DNA of 50,660 nucleotides from Opitutia bacterium UBA1276 (GCA_002308735.1 DBVA01000067.1:1-50660); one strand, 5' to 3'; numbered from the stretch's first letter, positions 8,896-19,341 are shown. Notes: generated by a model not told the origin, from the sequence alone. Made by a program: numbers and translations.

Positions 8896-10377
8896 TTACA
8901 AAGTTGGAGAAGGTGCCAGGGCAACTCGGAAGCCAAGGTTGCGGAACCGGTGATGCAAGGAGTTTGTGGATCGAGACGATGACTTGCACTCAACAGCAGG
9001 TTTCATGTACGCACCCCCCCTGCTAATTCTGAACTCATCTTGTTCACTGTCATTAAGTAGAGTATTGACAAATGAATTACCCACCCATTCCCGAACATTC
9101 CCGTATAGATCAAATAGTCCCCAGTCATTGGCAAATTTCAACCCAACCGGATGCATTTGCTTGCGGCTATTCCCGCGGAACCATCCGTGTTTATGAAGTT
9201 CGCTTGGATCGTCTCCAAAGTAATAATCAGTTAAGGAACCAGCTCGGCATGCATATTCCCACTCTACTTCAGTGGGGAGACGGTACTCATGCTTAGCGGG
9301 CAATGTACCCTCATTATTCGCAAGCATGGTAAGAGCACGGCAAAAGGAAACTGCATCCAGCCAAGAGATGTTATTTACCGGGTAATTGTCGGAATCTTCA
9401 CCCAGTGTTAATTCAGAAAAACTGGGGTTCGCACCCATAATCTTGGCATATACAGCCTGGGTAACGACATATTCACCAAGCCAAAAGCCATCCCTCACAT
9501 GAACCAGTCTTCTTTCATCGGAGTAAGGAACCAAAATCGTAATTTCCCCGGGTGGAATCCATTTAAAGGCACCTGCATAATCATTAAGGTGTGGCTTCTG
9601 GGGTTCCGCTTTTTCCTCCTTCGATTGCGTTGTAATCGTGACATCCAGAGCAAAGGGGTGTCTTGTTTTATTGGATTTGTCCTCGGTAGGTGCCGGTAGT
9701 GCCGTTTCTATTAACTCTGGAATTTGAGGCGGAACTATGGGTTCAGAAACAGTTTCTGGAATTAGGTGATTTGGGTTTGACTTTAGGTTATGCCTCTTTT
9801 CAAACCTTCGGTTTTGAGCTTCCAAAGCTTTACTCCATAAAGACCACAATTGAATAGCGTAATCAATTTCTTCTTCTACAGGGCTCTCCTGTTGTTTTTG
9901 CTCCTGAGGATTTAACTCGTAAGAATCCTGCCTTATCAGCAAGGCTTTGCAGGCATTTTCTGCCCAATTAGTCTCTTTGATGGATATGGACTGAAATTGT
10001 TGAAGGCACAATGAAAGACCGGGTGGAAGTTGAGTATCTTCCAGAAAAATTGTAAGAATTTCCTTATTCTCGCTGAGGGCATATTGCACTTCCATTCGAA
10101 CATATCTGGAATCCGCCGAGCGAGGGGATACAAAAACTACGAAGGAGGAGGATTTCTTGATAGCTTGGGCGAGTTCATCCACCCATTCACCAGCTGGAGG
10201 AATCCCTTCGTCGTACCAAATATTAATTCCTCTTTCCCTAAATCCCCGAATGGTTTGGTAGACTTTTACCTTATCGGCGTGGGCATAGCTGATAAAAGAG
10301 TATGGTCCATCCCCTGAATAAGATTCAAAAGGTGAAGGAATATCCGCTGCACTTTGCATGGAATGGGATAGCTTCAT
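8896..10377 (-). CDS. TIR domain + linker + FGE-sulfatase (SUMF1/C-lectin fold) domain protein
   Basis: N-terminal TIR: FISYAHAD...IWYDEGIPPAGEWVDELAQAI...FVSPRSADSRYVRMEVQYA. C-terminal FGE: VTQAVYAKIMGANPS, YRLPTEVEWEYACRAG, NDWGLFDLYGNVREW, RGG...GFRVAL. Confidence 0.9.
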   Translation of the reverse strand: MKLSHSMQSAADIPSPFESYSGDGPYSFISYAHADKVKVYQTIRGFRERGINIWYDEGIPPAGEWVDELAQAIKKSSSFVVFVSPRSADSRYVRMEVQYALSENKEILTIFLEDTQLPPGLSLCLQQFQSISIKETNWAENACKALLIRQDSYELNPQEQKQQESPVEEEIDYAIQLWSLWSKALEAQNRRFEKRHNLKSNPNHLIPETVSEPIVPPQIPELIETALPAPTEDKSNKTRHPFALDVTITTQSKEEKAEPQKPHLNDYAGAFKWIPPGEITILVPYSDERRLVHVRDGFWLGEYVVTQAVYAKIMGANPSFSELTLGEDSDNYPVNNISWLDAVSFCRALTMLANNEGTLPAKHEYRLPTEVEWEYACRAGSLTDYYFGDDPSELHKHGWFRGNSRKQMHPVGLKFANDWGLFDLYGNVREWVGNSFVNTLLNDSEQDEFRISRGGAYMKPAVECKSSSRSTNSLHHRFRNLGFRVALAPSPTL

Positions 10378-10386
10378 AACAACGCC

Positions 10387-12345
10387 CTACGAAATTAATT
10401 TATCCGAGTATCCTTTCCGTTGAAGTATGTAAACTGGATAGGTTCCATATTTTTTAGCTAAATCAATGTTCCCAGCATATTCAAAATCATATTCTTCATA
10501 TCCAAAAGAGATCAAAGCCGCAACGGTTTCAGAAACAAAAACGGAACCAGGCAAAACAATGGGCTCAATCCGGGCAGCTTGATTAACATGACTACCAAAA
10601 AAGTTTCTTCGTTTAAGAATCGGATCAAATTCTTCATATGCCGGACCTGCATGCATCGAAATCCGAACATCCATATTTCCATTGGGCAACCATTCGGACC
10701 ATTTTCCATCCGTAAAATAGTCCCTCATTCCAAGTACTAATTTCAATGCACTTTCTAAATCTTCAAAAACGGCAAAAAAACTATCACCCCAAGTATTAAC
10801 AAAGGAAGGCTGGCTAGGTAATTTATCGATCATTTGGGCAACGCCTCCGTGAAAGGCACCCACAAATTGACTGGTTAAATCCTCCGTAATTTCACTAAAG
10901 CCAGCAACATCCGCAAAAATCATGGTTTTCACGGAACGGGATGCTTTCAAGTCATCCCCAAATCCATCATGAGACATTTCACTTTCTATCGGAGCATCCA
11001 CAACCCTTGCGGTTTTCAACCCGGGCAAATCGGTCAAAACCTCATTGGCATCTATAATGACAGGTTCATTAAAAACGGACTTCCACGATTCCACCAGTTC
11101 TCCAGTACCTCCAACCGATCCGGGTTTACCATCCCAGAAAACCAGAAGCTGGGGATCTTCGTCCAAGCCTCTTCCACGCATCGCAGCGAAACCAATCATT
11201 ACCTGATTACAAAATGAAAAAAGCGAGTCATCCCCGTAATATCCCTCATGGGTCACATAGTGAACCGATGTAGCGTGATCCAATACATTCTCCAACCTTG
11301 TAACCCAGTCACCACCCGCTCTCCTAACACTGGTCTCAATGAACTCATCCTTTGCAAATGGAAGGAAAATATGCGTTTCCCCTCCCCTTTCAATCATAGT
11401 CTCAAGAAATAAAATGTCGGTACCGCAAGCAGCAGAGCTATAGCCGCAATTGGCCCCCATCCTTTCCAAGGATTCTTCGATTCTTAGCTTTGCGATCTTT
11501 TCGGCCTCAGGAGGAAATCGACGATTGGCCCCTGAATTGTCAATCACATGACCGGAGCATGCCACAATTCCCAGCACTGGAAATGCAGCGGCAATTTTAT
11601 CGCGGATAGACGAATCTGTGTAGAGGGAAGAAATTTGTAGAGCTTGCTTCCTGGTACTAGCAATATGAGAGGGTTTAGCCTCTTCAAGGTTTACGGCTCC
11701 AGTATAGGTGAGTACTGCTTCATAAATTTCACCCAGTAACAAACTTGCCTCCGCTTCCGTTGCCAGAACCCAATAAGAAGCATCTCCCCTCTCTCTGAGA
11801 GTCCGACAAATTTCCCTGGCAAAATTTGCGTATTTATGAGCTTTGGGAATGTTATGAGAAACAAAGTGCATAAAAGCCACATTGATACATGGATAATATT
11901 GGCTGTCTAAGTTATCAACTCCACTTTCCGCTTCCTCAAGCTGAGCAACAAATGCCTCTTTGTAGCGGAAAATTGCAAGCTCTGCGTAGTGACTCTTGTT
12001 CTCCGGATTAATGGAATACTCGCAAAGATCTTTATAGGCACTGGCCAAAAGACTTTGAGTCTCAACATCTCGTACCCCTGAGGTTACAAGTTCCTCTAAA
12101 ATTTTGGTGGCCATCATTGGAGAGCCTGCCTTGCAAAGAGCATGGGCTGCTTTTTGGGAAAGTGACCAGTCATTCTTGTGCTTTCCTAAGCCTTCTTTAG
12201 CCACATCGTGAGCCAAAAGAAACTCCCCTACTTGAATCATCCTGCCACAAAGATCTAGGTAAGCTTTTGGTGACGAATTTTGTTTATCAAACACCCTCCA
12301 TTGCTGACGCAAACTTAAAGTGTGACGCTTGGCTAATTGGGACAT
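10387..12345 (-). CDS. TPR (DUF4071/TPR-S-like) + SLOG-like (YpsA-type) + class III nucleotidyl cyclase
   Basis: Helical N-terminus (ETQSLLASAYKDL, YYPCINVAFM, YWVLATEAEASLLLG). Middle domain CSGHVID...SSAACGTDILF...LPF...CNQVM...VFWDG...GGTGELV. C-terminus IFADVAGFS...WGD...VRISMHAGP...GSHVNQAARIE. GGAG RBS upstream. Confidence 0.85.
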   Translation of the reverse strand: MSQLAKRHTLSLRQQWRVFDKQNSSPKAYLDLCGRMIQVGEFLLAHDVAKEGLGKHKNDWSLSQKAAHALCKAGSPMMATKILEELVTSGVRDVETQSLLASAYKDLCEYSINPENKSHYAELAIFRYKEAFVAQLEEAESGVDNLDSQYYPCINVAFMHFVSHNIPKAHKYANFAREICRTLRERGDASYWVLATEAEASLLLGEIYEAVLTYTGAVNLEEAKPSHIASTRKQALQISSLYTDSSIRDKIAAAFPVLGIVACSGHVIDNSGANRRFPPEAEKIAKLRIEESLERMGANCGYSSAACGTDILFLETMIERGGETHIFLPFAKDEFIETSVRRAGGDWVTRLENVLDHATSVHYVTHEGYYGDDSLFSFCNQVMIGFAAMRGRGLDEDPQLLVFWDGKPGSVGGTGELVESWKSVFNEPVIIDANEVLTDLPGLKTARVVDAPIESEMSHDGFGDDLKASRSVKTMIFADVAGFSEITEDLTSQFVGAFHGGVAQMIDKLPSQPSFVNTWGDSFFAVFEDLESALKLVLGMRDYFTDGKWSEWLPNGNMDVRISMHAGPAYEEFDPILKRRNFFGSHVNQAARIEPIVLPGSVFVSETVAALISFGYEEYDFEYAGNIDLAKKYGTYPVYILQRKGYSDKLIS

Positions 12346-12384
12346 ACTCCAATCAGTTAATGCTATAATTTGAAAACTTACGAG

Positions 12385-12417
12385 AAAAAATCCAACCGCA
12401 AATTGCGGTTATGTGGA
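12385..12417 (-). terminator. Probable intrinsic terminator after rpsU
   Basis: Stem AACCGCA/TGCGGTT (12394-12410), extendable by TCCA/TGGA, followed on the minus strand by a T6 tract (12385-12390). Confidence 0.55.
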
Positions 12418-12618
12418 CTACATCTTCTCGTATCTAGTGCGTAGCATTTGAGTAAAGGCAGCAACTTTTCGCGCATTACGCTTCTTATCAGAGGGCTTCT
12501 CAAAATATCTTTTGGCCCTAACATCACGAATAACGCCTTCTCTGTCCAGGCGCTTTTTCAAGCGCCGGATGGCACGATCCATGGGTTCACCTTTACGAAG
12601 TTTGATTTCAATAGTCAT
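12418..12618 (-). CDS. rpsU: 30S ribosomal protein S21
   Basis: GEPMDRAIRRLKKRLDREGVIRDVRAKRYFEKPS. Confidence 0.95.
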   Translation of the reverse strand: MTIEIKLRKGEPMDRAIRRLKKRLDREGVIRDVRAKRYFEKPSDKKRNARKVAAFTQMLRTRYEKM

Positions 12619-12684
12619 AGGAAAAAGTTACAACCTATCAAAGTTGCGAATCTGGTCAAGTAGGAAGAACAACAAAGAAATTTC

Positions 12685-15600
12685 TCATTTTCTAGAATAG
12701 GTTCTCTCTTGGGGAGGATCTGGTGGTTTGATCTTAACCCTCGCGGCTCTAACCGGTGCTTTTGCCCTCCACTTCTGAAAAGTTTCAGAAGTGATTCGCA
12801 TAGTAAAACGGTCATCCACTTCAGCAACCAATCCAGTATCTTCATTATCCTTCGCAAATCCAAGACGAATCAAAGTTTTGCCCAAGCCCTTATCTGAAAA
12901 GACGAAGATTTCTTCCAAAAAAGAAACAATGTCTTTTGATTCCGGGTCAAGTAGCCAAGTGATCTCTTCGATTAAGTCATTCAACGCAGCATCCACCGGT
13001 AACGCAGAGTTTGCCGTTATTCGAGTTTCACCATCTCGATGAGAAGCAACCCCCTCGATCACCATGATGTCCCCTTCTTTCAACTTGTGCCCAAATTTTT
13101 CATAAGCTTCGGTAAACATGGGGAGGGAAAAATCTTTCTCTTTGGTCATCAAGGTAAATCGTGCCCAAGGTTTTGCATCTTTCTTGGTGTACCTTCTTTC
13201 CAATTCTCCTAGCACTCCACAAAGACGAAAGGATCTTTTCCCTTCTAGGTTTTCAAGATCTTCCCCCTTTATTGTATCCAACAAAGGACCAAGTCCGCCA
13301 AGCGTATCTACCGGATGCCCGGTCAAGAAGAACCCTAAAAGTTGCTTTTCTAGCTTTAATTTCTCCAACTCATCCATTTCCTCGACCTCCGGAAGATGAT
13401 TGCCCGGAGAAAAGTCATTGGTTGTACCTGAATTAGACAGGTCTTCATCGGTACCCATCATGTCAAACAGGTTGACCTGCCCAGCCTCGCGATCCTTCCT
13501 TCTCAACTGAGCCTCGCCCATCGCCCGATCCAAGTCCGCTAGCAAAGCAGCTCGATTCCCTTCCAATGCATCAAAGCCTCCCGACTTGATTAAGCATTCC
13601 AAAACTCTTTTGTTTACCGCTTTTCCATCCACTCTTTCCACCAGGTCGGTAAAACTTTCAAATGCACCTGCTTGCTCCCGCTCCTCCACAATGATTTTTC
13701 CTGCGATATCCCCAACTCCTTTAACCGCTGCCAGACCAAAACGAATCGACCCAAGCCCTTCGCCTTTGGATACCAATGGGGTAAAGTTTTCACCGGACTC
13801 GTTGACATCAGGACCAAGCACCGAGATTCCCATTTCCGAACACTCGCCGATAAAATGAGACAGCTTATCTGAGTTTCCAAGATCACAAGCCAAGACCCCA
13901 GCCATAAAGTCGACTGGATGATTCGCTTTCAGGTATGCAGTTTGGTAACTAATGATTCCGTAAGCTGCAGAATGAGATTTATTGAATCCATAACCAGCAA
14001 ATTTCTCTAAGATGTTAAAGATGTCATTTGCCTTCTTTACCTCAATCTTGTTCGTATCCTTCGCTCCCTTGACAAAGATTTCTCTTTGCTTGGCCATTTC
14101 CTCCGGCTTTTTTTTGCCCATGGCCCGGCGTAAAATATCCGCTCCACCAAGGGTGTACCCGGCAATTAACCGGGCCGCTTCCATTACCTGCTCCTGATAC
14201 ACCATAACCCCATATGTTTCCGAGCATATGTCCTCGAGTAATGGATGGGGAAATTTGATGGTGGATGGGTCTTCTTTCCCCTTGATATAATCCGGTATCC
14301 AATCCATTGGACCAGGACGGTAAAGCGCAATCAAGGCAATGATTTCGTCAATATTTGAAATCGTCATCTGACGACAAAGACGGCGCATGCCATCAGATTC
14401 CAACTGAAAAACTCCTATGGTTCGAGCCTCATTGAGCAGGTTAAAGGTCTTTTCATCTTCCAATGGTGCTTCCGTGACTCGAAATTCTTCAAAACCTTTC
14501 TTTTTGCGGATATAGCTTTCTGCTTCGGCGATTACCGTAAGGGTCTTCAGACCAAGAAAATCCATCTTCAAAAGGCCAAGGTCTTCAACTGGGTCCTTCG
14601 GGAACTGAGTGGTAAGAACTCCATCCTGAGTAGTAAGAGGCACAAGTTCCTTCAAGGGCCGGTCTGCAATAATTACACCCGCAGCGTGCGTGCCCACATT
14701 CCGAACCATCCCCTCAATCACCCTCCCTGTATCCACAATCTGGGTGGCAATCGGATTTTTTTCATATTCTTCTCTAAATTCAGGGCTCTTTTCCAGTGCC
14801 TCATCCAGAGAAATATTAAGGTCATCAGGCACCATCTTAGCCAACTTATCAGCTTCTGCATAAGGCAGGTCACGAACCCTAGCCACGTCGCGCATAACCA
14901 TTTTTGCACCAAAGGTTCCGAAGGTTATAATATTGGCTACACAATCTCGACCGTATTTCTCACGAACATATTCAATCACTTCACTCCTGCGGCGCATACA
15001 GAAATCAATGTCGAAATCAGGAGGCGATACTCTTTCAGGATTTAAAAACCTTTCAAATAAGAGACCGAATCTCAAAGGATCAATATCGGTTATCCCAAGA
15101 AGGTATGCGACTAAACAGCCTGCACCCGATCCACGACCTGGACCAACCGGTATTCCTTGCTCCCGGGCCCAAAGCATGAAATCAGCCACAATCAAGAAAT
15201 AGTCATTAAATCCAGTTTTTGCAATCACTCCCAATTCGTAGTCTAAACGTTCACTTAATTCTCGAATTTTGTCCTCGGTGTCTTCTTCCCGAAGTTCGGG
15301 TGGTTGATAATCAAGACCGTAGCGGCTTTTCATCCCGTCCGTACATTGAGAAAGTAAGTAAGAACCATTATCTTCGACCTCGCTCGAGATCTCCGGAGGC
15401 ATGGTAAAAACCGGATAATTATTTTCTCCAAATGGAAGCTTAACATCACACATTTCGGCAACTGCGAAGGTATTGGTGATGGCCTCGGGTGATTCCTTGA
15501 AGAGATCCTCCATTTCCTCCCTTGACTTAAGATAAAACTCCCGGGCGTCATATCGCATCCTTTTGGGGTCATCGAGCTTGGACCCAGTCTGGATGCAAAG

Positions 15601-16278
15601 CAGTGCGTCGTGGGGGGCCCAGTCCTCCCCTTTTACATAGTGGACATCATTGGAAGCAATTACTTTGAGATCGAATTTCTTAGCCAATTTTAAAAGCTCA
15701 GGTACCAACTGAGCTTGCTCTTCAATACCGTGGTTGTGCAATTCAACAAAGTAATTCTCTTTACCAAAGATATCGACCATTTGCCCCATCGCCTCTTCCG
15801 CTTCCCCGTCTTTGCCATGCAAAATCTTTTGAGGAATCCATCCTTGCATACATCCGGTGAAACCGATCAATCCATCTGCATGTTCGGCTAAAGTCTCCAA
15901 GTCAGTTCTAGGTCGGTAGTAAAAACCATCAACATGGGCATCAGAGACCACTTTGGAAAGGTTGCGGTAGCCTTCAAAATTCTTTGCCAATAATCCCAAA
16001 TGGTAAGATTTATGATTCTCGCGGCCCGGTTTTTCATCATTTTTATGGTCCGTAACCAGATACCCTTCACACCCGATGATAGGCTTAATCCCATGCTTTT
16101 CCGCCTGCTTAACAAAGGAAACGGTTCCGAATAAATTCCCGTGGTCGGTTAGAGCCATTGCAGACATTCCCAACTCTACCGCCCGTTCCATCAAGCGATC
16201 CATTCGGCAACATCCATCCAAGAGACTAAAGTCCGAATGAACATGCAAATGTACAAAATCCTTATCCTTGTTCGACAT
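12685..16278 (-). CDS. dnaE: DNA polymerase III alpha subunit
   Basis: PHP motif [45 protein letters not shown] and [11 protein letters not shown]. No intein (1197 aa). Confidence 0.98.
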   Translation of the reverse strand: MSNKDKDFVHLHVHSDFSLLDGCCRMDRLMERAVELGMSAMALTDHGNLFGTVSFVKQAEKHGIKPIIGCEGYLVTDHKNDEKPGRENHKSYHLGLLAKNFEGYRNLSKVVSDAHVDGFYYRPRTDLETLAEHADGLIGFTGCMQGWIPQKILHGKDGEAEEAMGQMVDIFGKENYFVELHNHGIEEQAQLVPELLKLAKKFDLKVIASNDVHYVKGEDWAPHDALLCIQTGSKLDDPKRMRYDAREFYLKSREEMEDLFKESPEAITNTFAVAEMCDVKLPFGENNYPVFTMPPEISSEVEDNGSYLLSQCTDGMKSRYGLDYQPPELREEDTEDKIRELSERLDYELGVIAKTGFNDYFLIVADFMLWAREQGIPVGPGRGSGAGCLVAYLLGITDIDPLRFGLLFERFLNPERVSPPDFDIDFCMRRRSEVIEYVREKYGRDCVANIITFGTFGAKMVMRDVARVRDLPYAEADKLAKMVPDDLNISLDEALEKSPEFREEYEKNPIATQIVDTGRVIEGMVRNVGTHAAGVIIADRPLKELVPLTTQDGVLTTQFPKDPVEDLGLLKMDFLGLKTLTVIAEAESYIRKKKGFEEFRVTEAPLEDEKTFNLLNEARTIGVFQLESDGMRRLCRQMTISNIDEIIALIALYRPGPMDWIPDYIKGKEDPSTIKFPHPLLEDICSETYGVMVYQEQVMEAARLIAGYTLGGADILRRAMGKKKPEEMAKQREIFVKGAKDTNKIEVKKANDIFNILEKFAGYGFNKSHSAAYGIISYQTAYLKANHPVDFMAGVLACDLGNSDKLSHFIGECSEMGISVLGPDVNESGENFTPLVSKGEGLGSIRFGLAAVKGVGDIAGKIIVEEREQAGAFESFTDLVERVDGKAVNKRVLECLIKSGGFDALEGNRAALLADLDRAMGEAQLRRKDREAGQVNLFDMMGTDEDLSNSGTTNDFSPGNHLPEVEEMDELEKLKLEKQLLGFFLTGHPVDTLGGLGPLLDTIKGEDLENLEGKRSFRLCGVLGELERRYTKKDAKPWARFTLMTKEKDFSLPMFTEAYEKFGHKLKEGDIMVIEGVASHRDGETRITANSALPVDAALNDLIEEITWLLDPESKDIVSFLEEIFVFSDKGLGKTLIRLGFAKDNEDTGLVAEVDDRFTMRITSETFQKWRAKAPVRAARVKIKPPDPPQERTYSRK

Positions 16279-16443
16279 GATTAATTTTTCAGTTTCCTAT
16301 GTTTCAACCATCAAACCCGTGCTTTACAAGGCAATCTTGCGCACATTTACGGTACAAGCCTTACCCTCTTCCGTTATGAAAGGAAGAATCTCCAAATGAT
16401 CACGAAACGCCATTCATCTTTTGAGAGGATGACCAGATCATTG

Positions 16444-19287
16444 TTATTCAACCACGGCAGAGCAGTCATCCACGAAAAAAGTCGCCGGGGTTTTACCGAG
16501 TAACAACTTAAATTGGACCCCATCGATTGGGTTGCTGACCGTGTGCCTGAATATAAACTTTTGGTACTCCGTGGTGGTCGAGAAAATATCCGAGCTGGGG
16601 AATTTGTTGCCATAGTCAACTCCCTCCTTTTCGGTAATTTTGAGTTGCATTCTGAATTCGGCAGGTACACTCGACCTAATCCAGCATTCAACCGTGATTC
16701 TTTGTCCGTTTAAGTCACTAACAAAAGCAGTATTTTCCAGAAGAACTTTGTTATAACCAAGGTCTGAACTCACCTTTATTTGCATGGCTGAGTTACCCGT
16801 TCGGGAGATCGAGCTTCCGCCATCCAAAATTTCTGCGGTCGATCCGGAAACCAGCTTTAGGCTCCAGCCCTCATCATATGGACTGCATTCGAATCCAGGA
16901 TTTTTGATCACGCCCAAAGGTCCGTAACATCCTGGCCAAGTCCCATGATTCAGGATCGCATCTTTGATCTCGGACACCCAAGTAGTCGAGTCCACCACTG
17001 TGCTCACAGTGACTGTAGGCTCCTCATAGGAACTCACCGCGAACGATGCAAAATCGAAATTAGAAGTGAGGTTCGAATCCTTTCTTTTATGTATTGTCTT
17101 GTTTGAGGTAGGACCAGAATCCCATACCGAAAAAGCAAAGCCGCGATTCATCGCTTCCTCAGCAACTTGCTGATGGTAGAGAAGACGGGATTCTGAATCT
17201 GGCCCACCATCTGCGTATCCTGTGGTATTGGAGTTTATCTTCCGTAGGGTACCCGAGCCATAATCGTAGCCCCCTACATTATCCGCTCCAAACTCGCCAA
17301 GATAGATGGGAATTTGATTGGCTTCCGACCAGGACTTGACGGTATCAAAGTGAGTTTGAATGCTTTCAATATCCTCCACTGTACCCCAATCATTGTCATC
17401 GTACTGATCTTTCTGGGAACTGGTAAAACTAAAAGGGTCATAATAATGAAAAGTTGCAATCAATTGATCATCGGATGCCAAAATAGAGGCATCGATCTGT
17501 TGGGGTGCAAGGTAAGAGTTCTCACCCCCACCCACAAGGATCAGATTTCGGTCGGCATTATTCCCACCGGTCGCCCGAATAACTGAAATAATCAGGGCAT
17601 TCAGTTGATCCATTTCTGCCGCAGAAAGCTCGAAATAGGGTTCGTTTACAACCTCGAAAAGAAGTTCGGGTGGATAATCCCTGAAACGATTGGCAATGGC
17701 CCGCCAAATGGATTGGAACTTAACTAAATCCGCAGCCCGCCTAGCTGAAGTTGGTTCAATATAATCGCTACTGCTTGGATTAAAAGTATGCAGAAATTCT
17801 GATTTTAGATTTGCTCCATGGAAGTCAAGCACGGTGATTAAGCCTAGATTGAGAGACCAAGTAATTATTTCTTCAATCCGGTCGAGGTATGCGGAGGAAA
17901 CTACAAAATCATCCATCGAACCATTAAAATCAGCCGAAGTACCTGAGAGGGTGGAAAACATGCTCGTGTCCCCAGTAGTACGGGTACCATAAAAATCGGT
18001 GGGCAGTCGAACATTGCTAAAATTCGCATCCTTTAAATCAATGAAGTATTGCTGGGTAGCTGCAGGGGCCCACTTTCCTTCTTCAGGAGCACTCAAGACA
18101 TTTCCAAGATTAATCCCTCTTCCCATTCGCCTGACCATTTCATAAGGATCAATTTTAGAAAGTGAGCTTGTTGAATTTGCCTCGAAAGTAGCGTTTAAAT
18201 TTGAATCTTCAGTCAAATGAATGGTTGTGGTTGCCGCACTTGAATTTGCTACCTGGGCTCCACTCCAATGGAGAAAGTAATATCCATTTTCAGGGGTGGC
18301 AATAATCGAAACATTGGAATCATAATCATAAGAACCACCACCAGAAACGGTACCCCCCAATCCATGGGTAATAGAAAGAATCGGTTGCACTCGTGAAAAG
18401 TTAGCCCTTAGGCTATGATTTTGGTCGATTAAAATCGTGGTCGTTAAAGCAGTGGAATCTGCCACGGTCGCACCGGTCCAATTCTCTAGGTAATACCCTG
18501 GGTTTGGATTTGCACTGATTGAAACCGATTTCCCATATTCATAGATCCCCGCACCGGTAACTGATCCACCCAAGGCTGAGATTAATTCGAGGGTATAGTC
18601 AGCCAATGAAAAAGAAGCAGTCACACTGAGGTTTTGATCCACTATTATGGAAGTAGTTTTCGCAACCGAATCCCCAACCTCAGCACCCACCCAACTCAAG
18701 AATTCATAGCCGGTATCCGGGCTTGCCCTTATGGTTGCCGTATCCCCTGGATGATAAATTCCACCGCCCATCACCGATCCTCCAGTGCTACTATGGACCG
18801 TCAATAAAAAGAAATTGCTAGAAGTTTGATTCGAATCGGTAGTACCATTATTTCCGTTTGTGCTATTGGATTCTTGCCCTCCGGTTCCATCCTCTAAATT
18901 TTTTAACTCTAATTCAAATTCTTCTTTTGGTGTCCAACTAAGGGTCTCAAAATTGTAAAAGCCACCGGTAGAATCATAATATCTCCAATTCTGAAGTTTA
19001 TGGAAATAGATCCAGGGAAAATGTTCCTGCTGGGTCCAAGCCCAGTCTAACGAAGGCAAAAACAACCATACCGAGGTCCCATCTTCTGAAGATGGATAAA
19101 CCCACTCTAAATCCTCGTGGTAAATCCATTCCGATCCATTATCATAATAATAACCGAACCATGAACTGGCTTTCCAATTACTGGTCACCACTATGGAATT
19201 TTGATCGATATCCTGATTACAAAATATAAATCGGTCTGGAATTAAGAAAGTTAAAATACAAAAGAAAATAAGAAAGATTTTCTTCAC
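16444..19287 (-). CDS. Secreted modular glycoside hydrolase family 5 (Trp-rich domain, 3 InlB-B/Flg_new-like repeats, GH5, C-terminal CBM4/9-like domain)
   Basis: MGRGINLGN, LDFHG, FEVVNEP (acid/base), ATFHYYDP and IYLGEFG (nucleophile). C-terminus IKNPGFE...FFVDD is CBM-like. Start probably GTG 19287 (MKKIFLIFF signal peptide); the track start is 19335. Confidence 0.88.
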   Translation of the reverse strand: MKKIFLIFFCILTFLIPDRFIFCNQDIDQNSIVVTSNWKASSWFGYYYDNGSEWIYHEDLEWVYPSSEDGTSVWLFLPSLDWAWTQQEHFPWIYFHKLQNWRYYDSTGGFYNFETLSWTPKEEFELELKNLEDGTGGQESNSTNGNNGTTDSNQTSSNFFLLTVHSSTGGSVMGGGIYHPGDTATIRASPDTGYEFLSWVGAEVGDSVAKTTSIIVDQNLSVTASFSLADYTLELISALGGSVTGAGIYEYGKSVSISANPNPGYYLENWTGATVADSTALTTTILIDQNHSLRANFSRVQPILSITHGLGGTVSGGGSYDYDSNVSIIATPENGYYFLHWSGAQVANSSAATTTIHLTEDSNLNATFEANSTSSLSKIDPYEMVRRMGRGINLGNVLSAPEEGKWAPAATQQYFIDLKDANFSNVRLPTDFYGTRTTGDTSMFSTLSGTSADFNGSMDDFVVSSAYLDRIEEIITWSLNLGLITVLDFHGANLKSEFLHTFNPSSSDYIEPTSARRAADLVKFQSIWRAIANRFRDYPPELLFEVVNEPYFELSAAEMDQLNALIISVIRATGGNNADRNLILVGGGENSYLAPQQIDASILASDDQLIATFHYYDPFSFTSSQKDQYDDNDWGTVEDIESIQTHFDTVKSWSEANQIPIYLGEFGADNVGGYDYGSGTLRKINSNTTGYADGGPDSESRLLYHQQVAEEAMNRGFAFSVWDSGPTSNKTIHKRKDSNLTSNFDFASFAVSSYEEPTVTVSTVVDSTTWVSEIKDAILNHGTWPGCYGPLGVIKNPGFECSPYDEGWSLKLVSGSTAEILDGGSSISRTGNSAMQIKVSSDLGYNKVLLENTAFVSDLNGQRITVECWIRSSVPAEFRMQLKITEKEGVDYGNKFPSSDIFSTTTEYQKFIFRHTVSNPIDGVQFKLLLGKTPATFFVDDCSAVVE
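18181..18810 (-). repeat. Three tandem ~70-aa InlB B-repeat/Flg_new-like domains within the GH5 gene
   Basis: GGSVMGGGIY..ASPDTGYEFLSW..VTASF / GGSVTGAGIY..ANPNPGYYLENW..LRANF / GGTVSGGGSY..ATPENGYYFLHW..LNATF. Confidence 0.85.
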
Positions 19288-19341
19288 TTTAATGCCAAAG
19301 ATGAACTCCAAAAAAATGAATTTTACTGCTCTCAAAATTTT

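Noticed and set aside
8896-9020. FGE C-terminus as a DGR variable region
   Set aside because: No template repeat or reverse transcriptase was seen in the window. A trans-acting DGR elsewhere cannot be excluded.
8896-12345. Calling the cassette Pycsar, Thoeris or CBASS
   Set aside because: There is no cNMP-binding effector, no SIR2 or Macro domain and no CD-NTase. Only components are shared.
12685-16278. Intein or intron in dnaE (also checked in nrdA)
   Set aside because: Lengths and motif spacing are normal, and no splicing motifs or homing endonuclease were seen.
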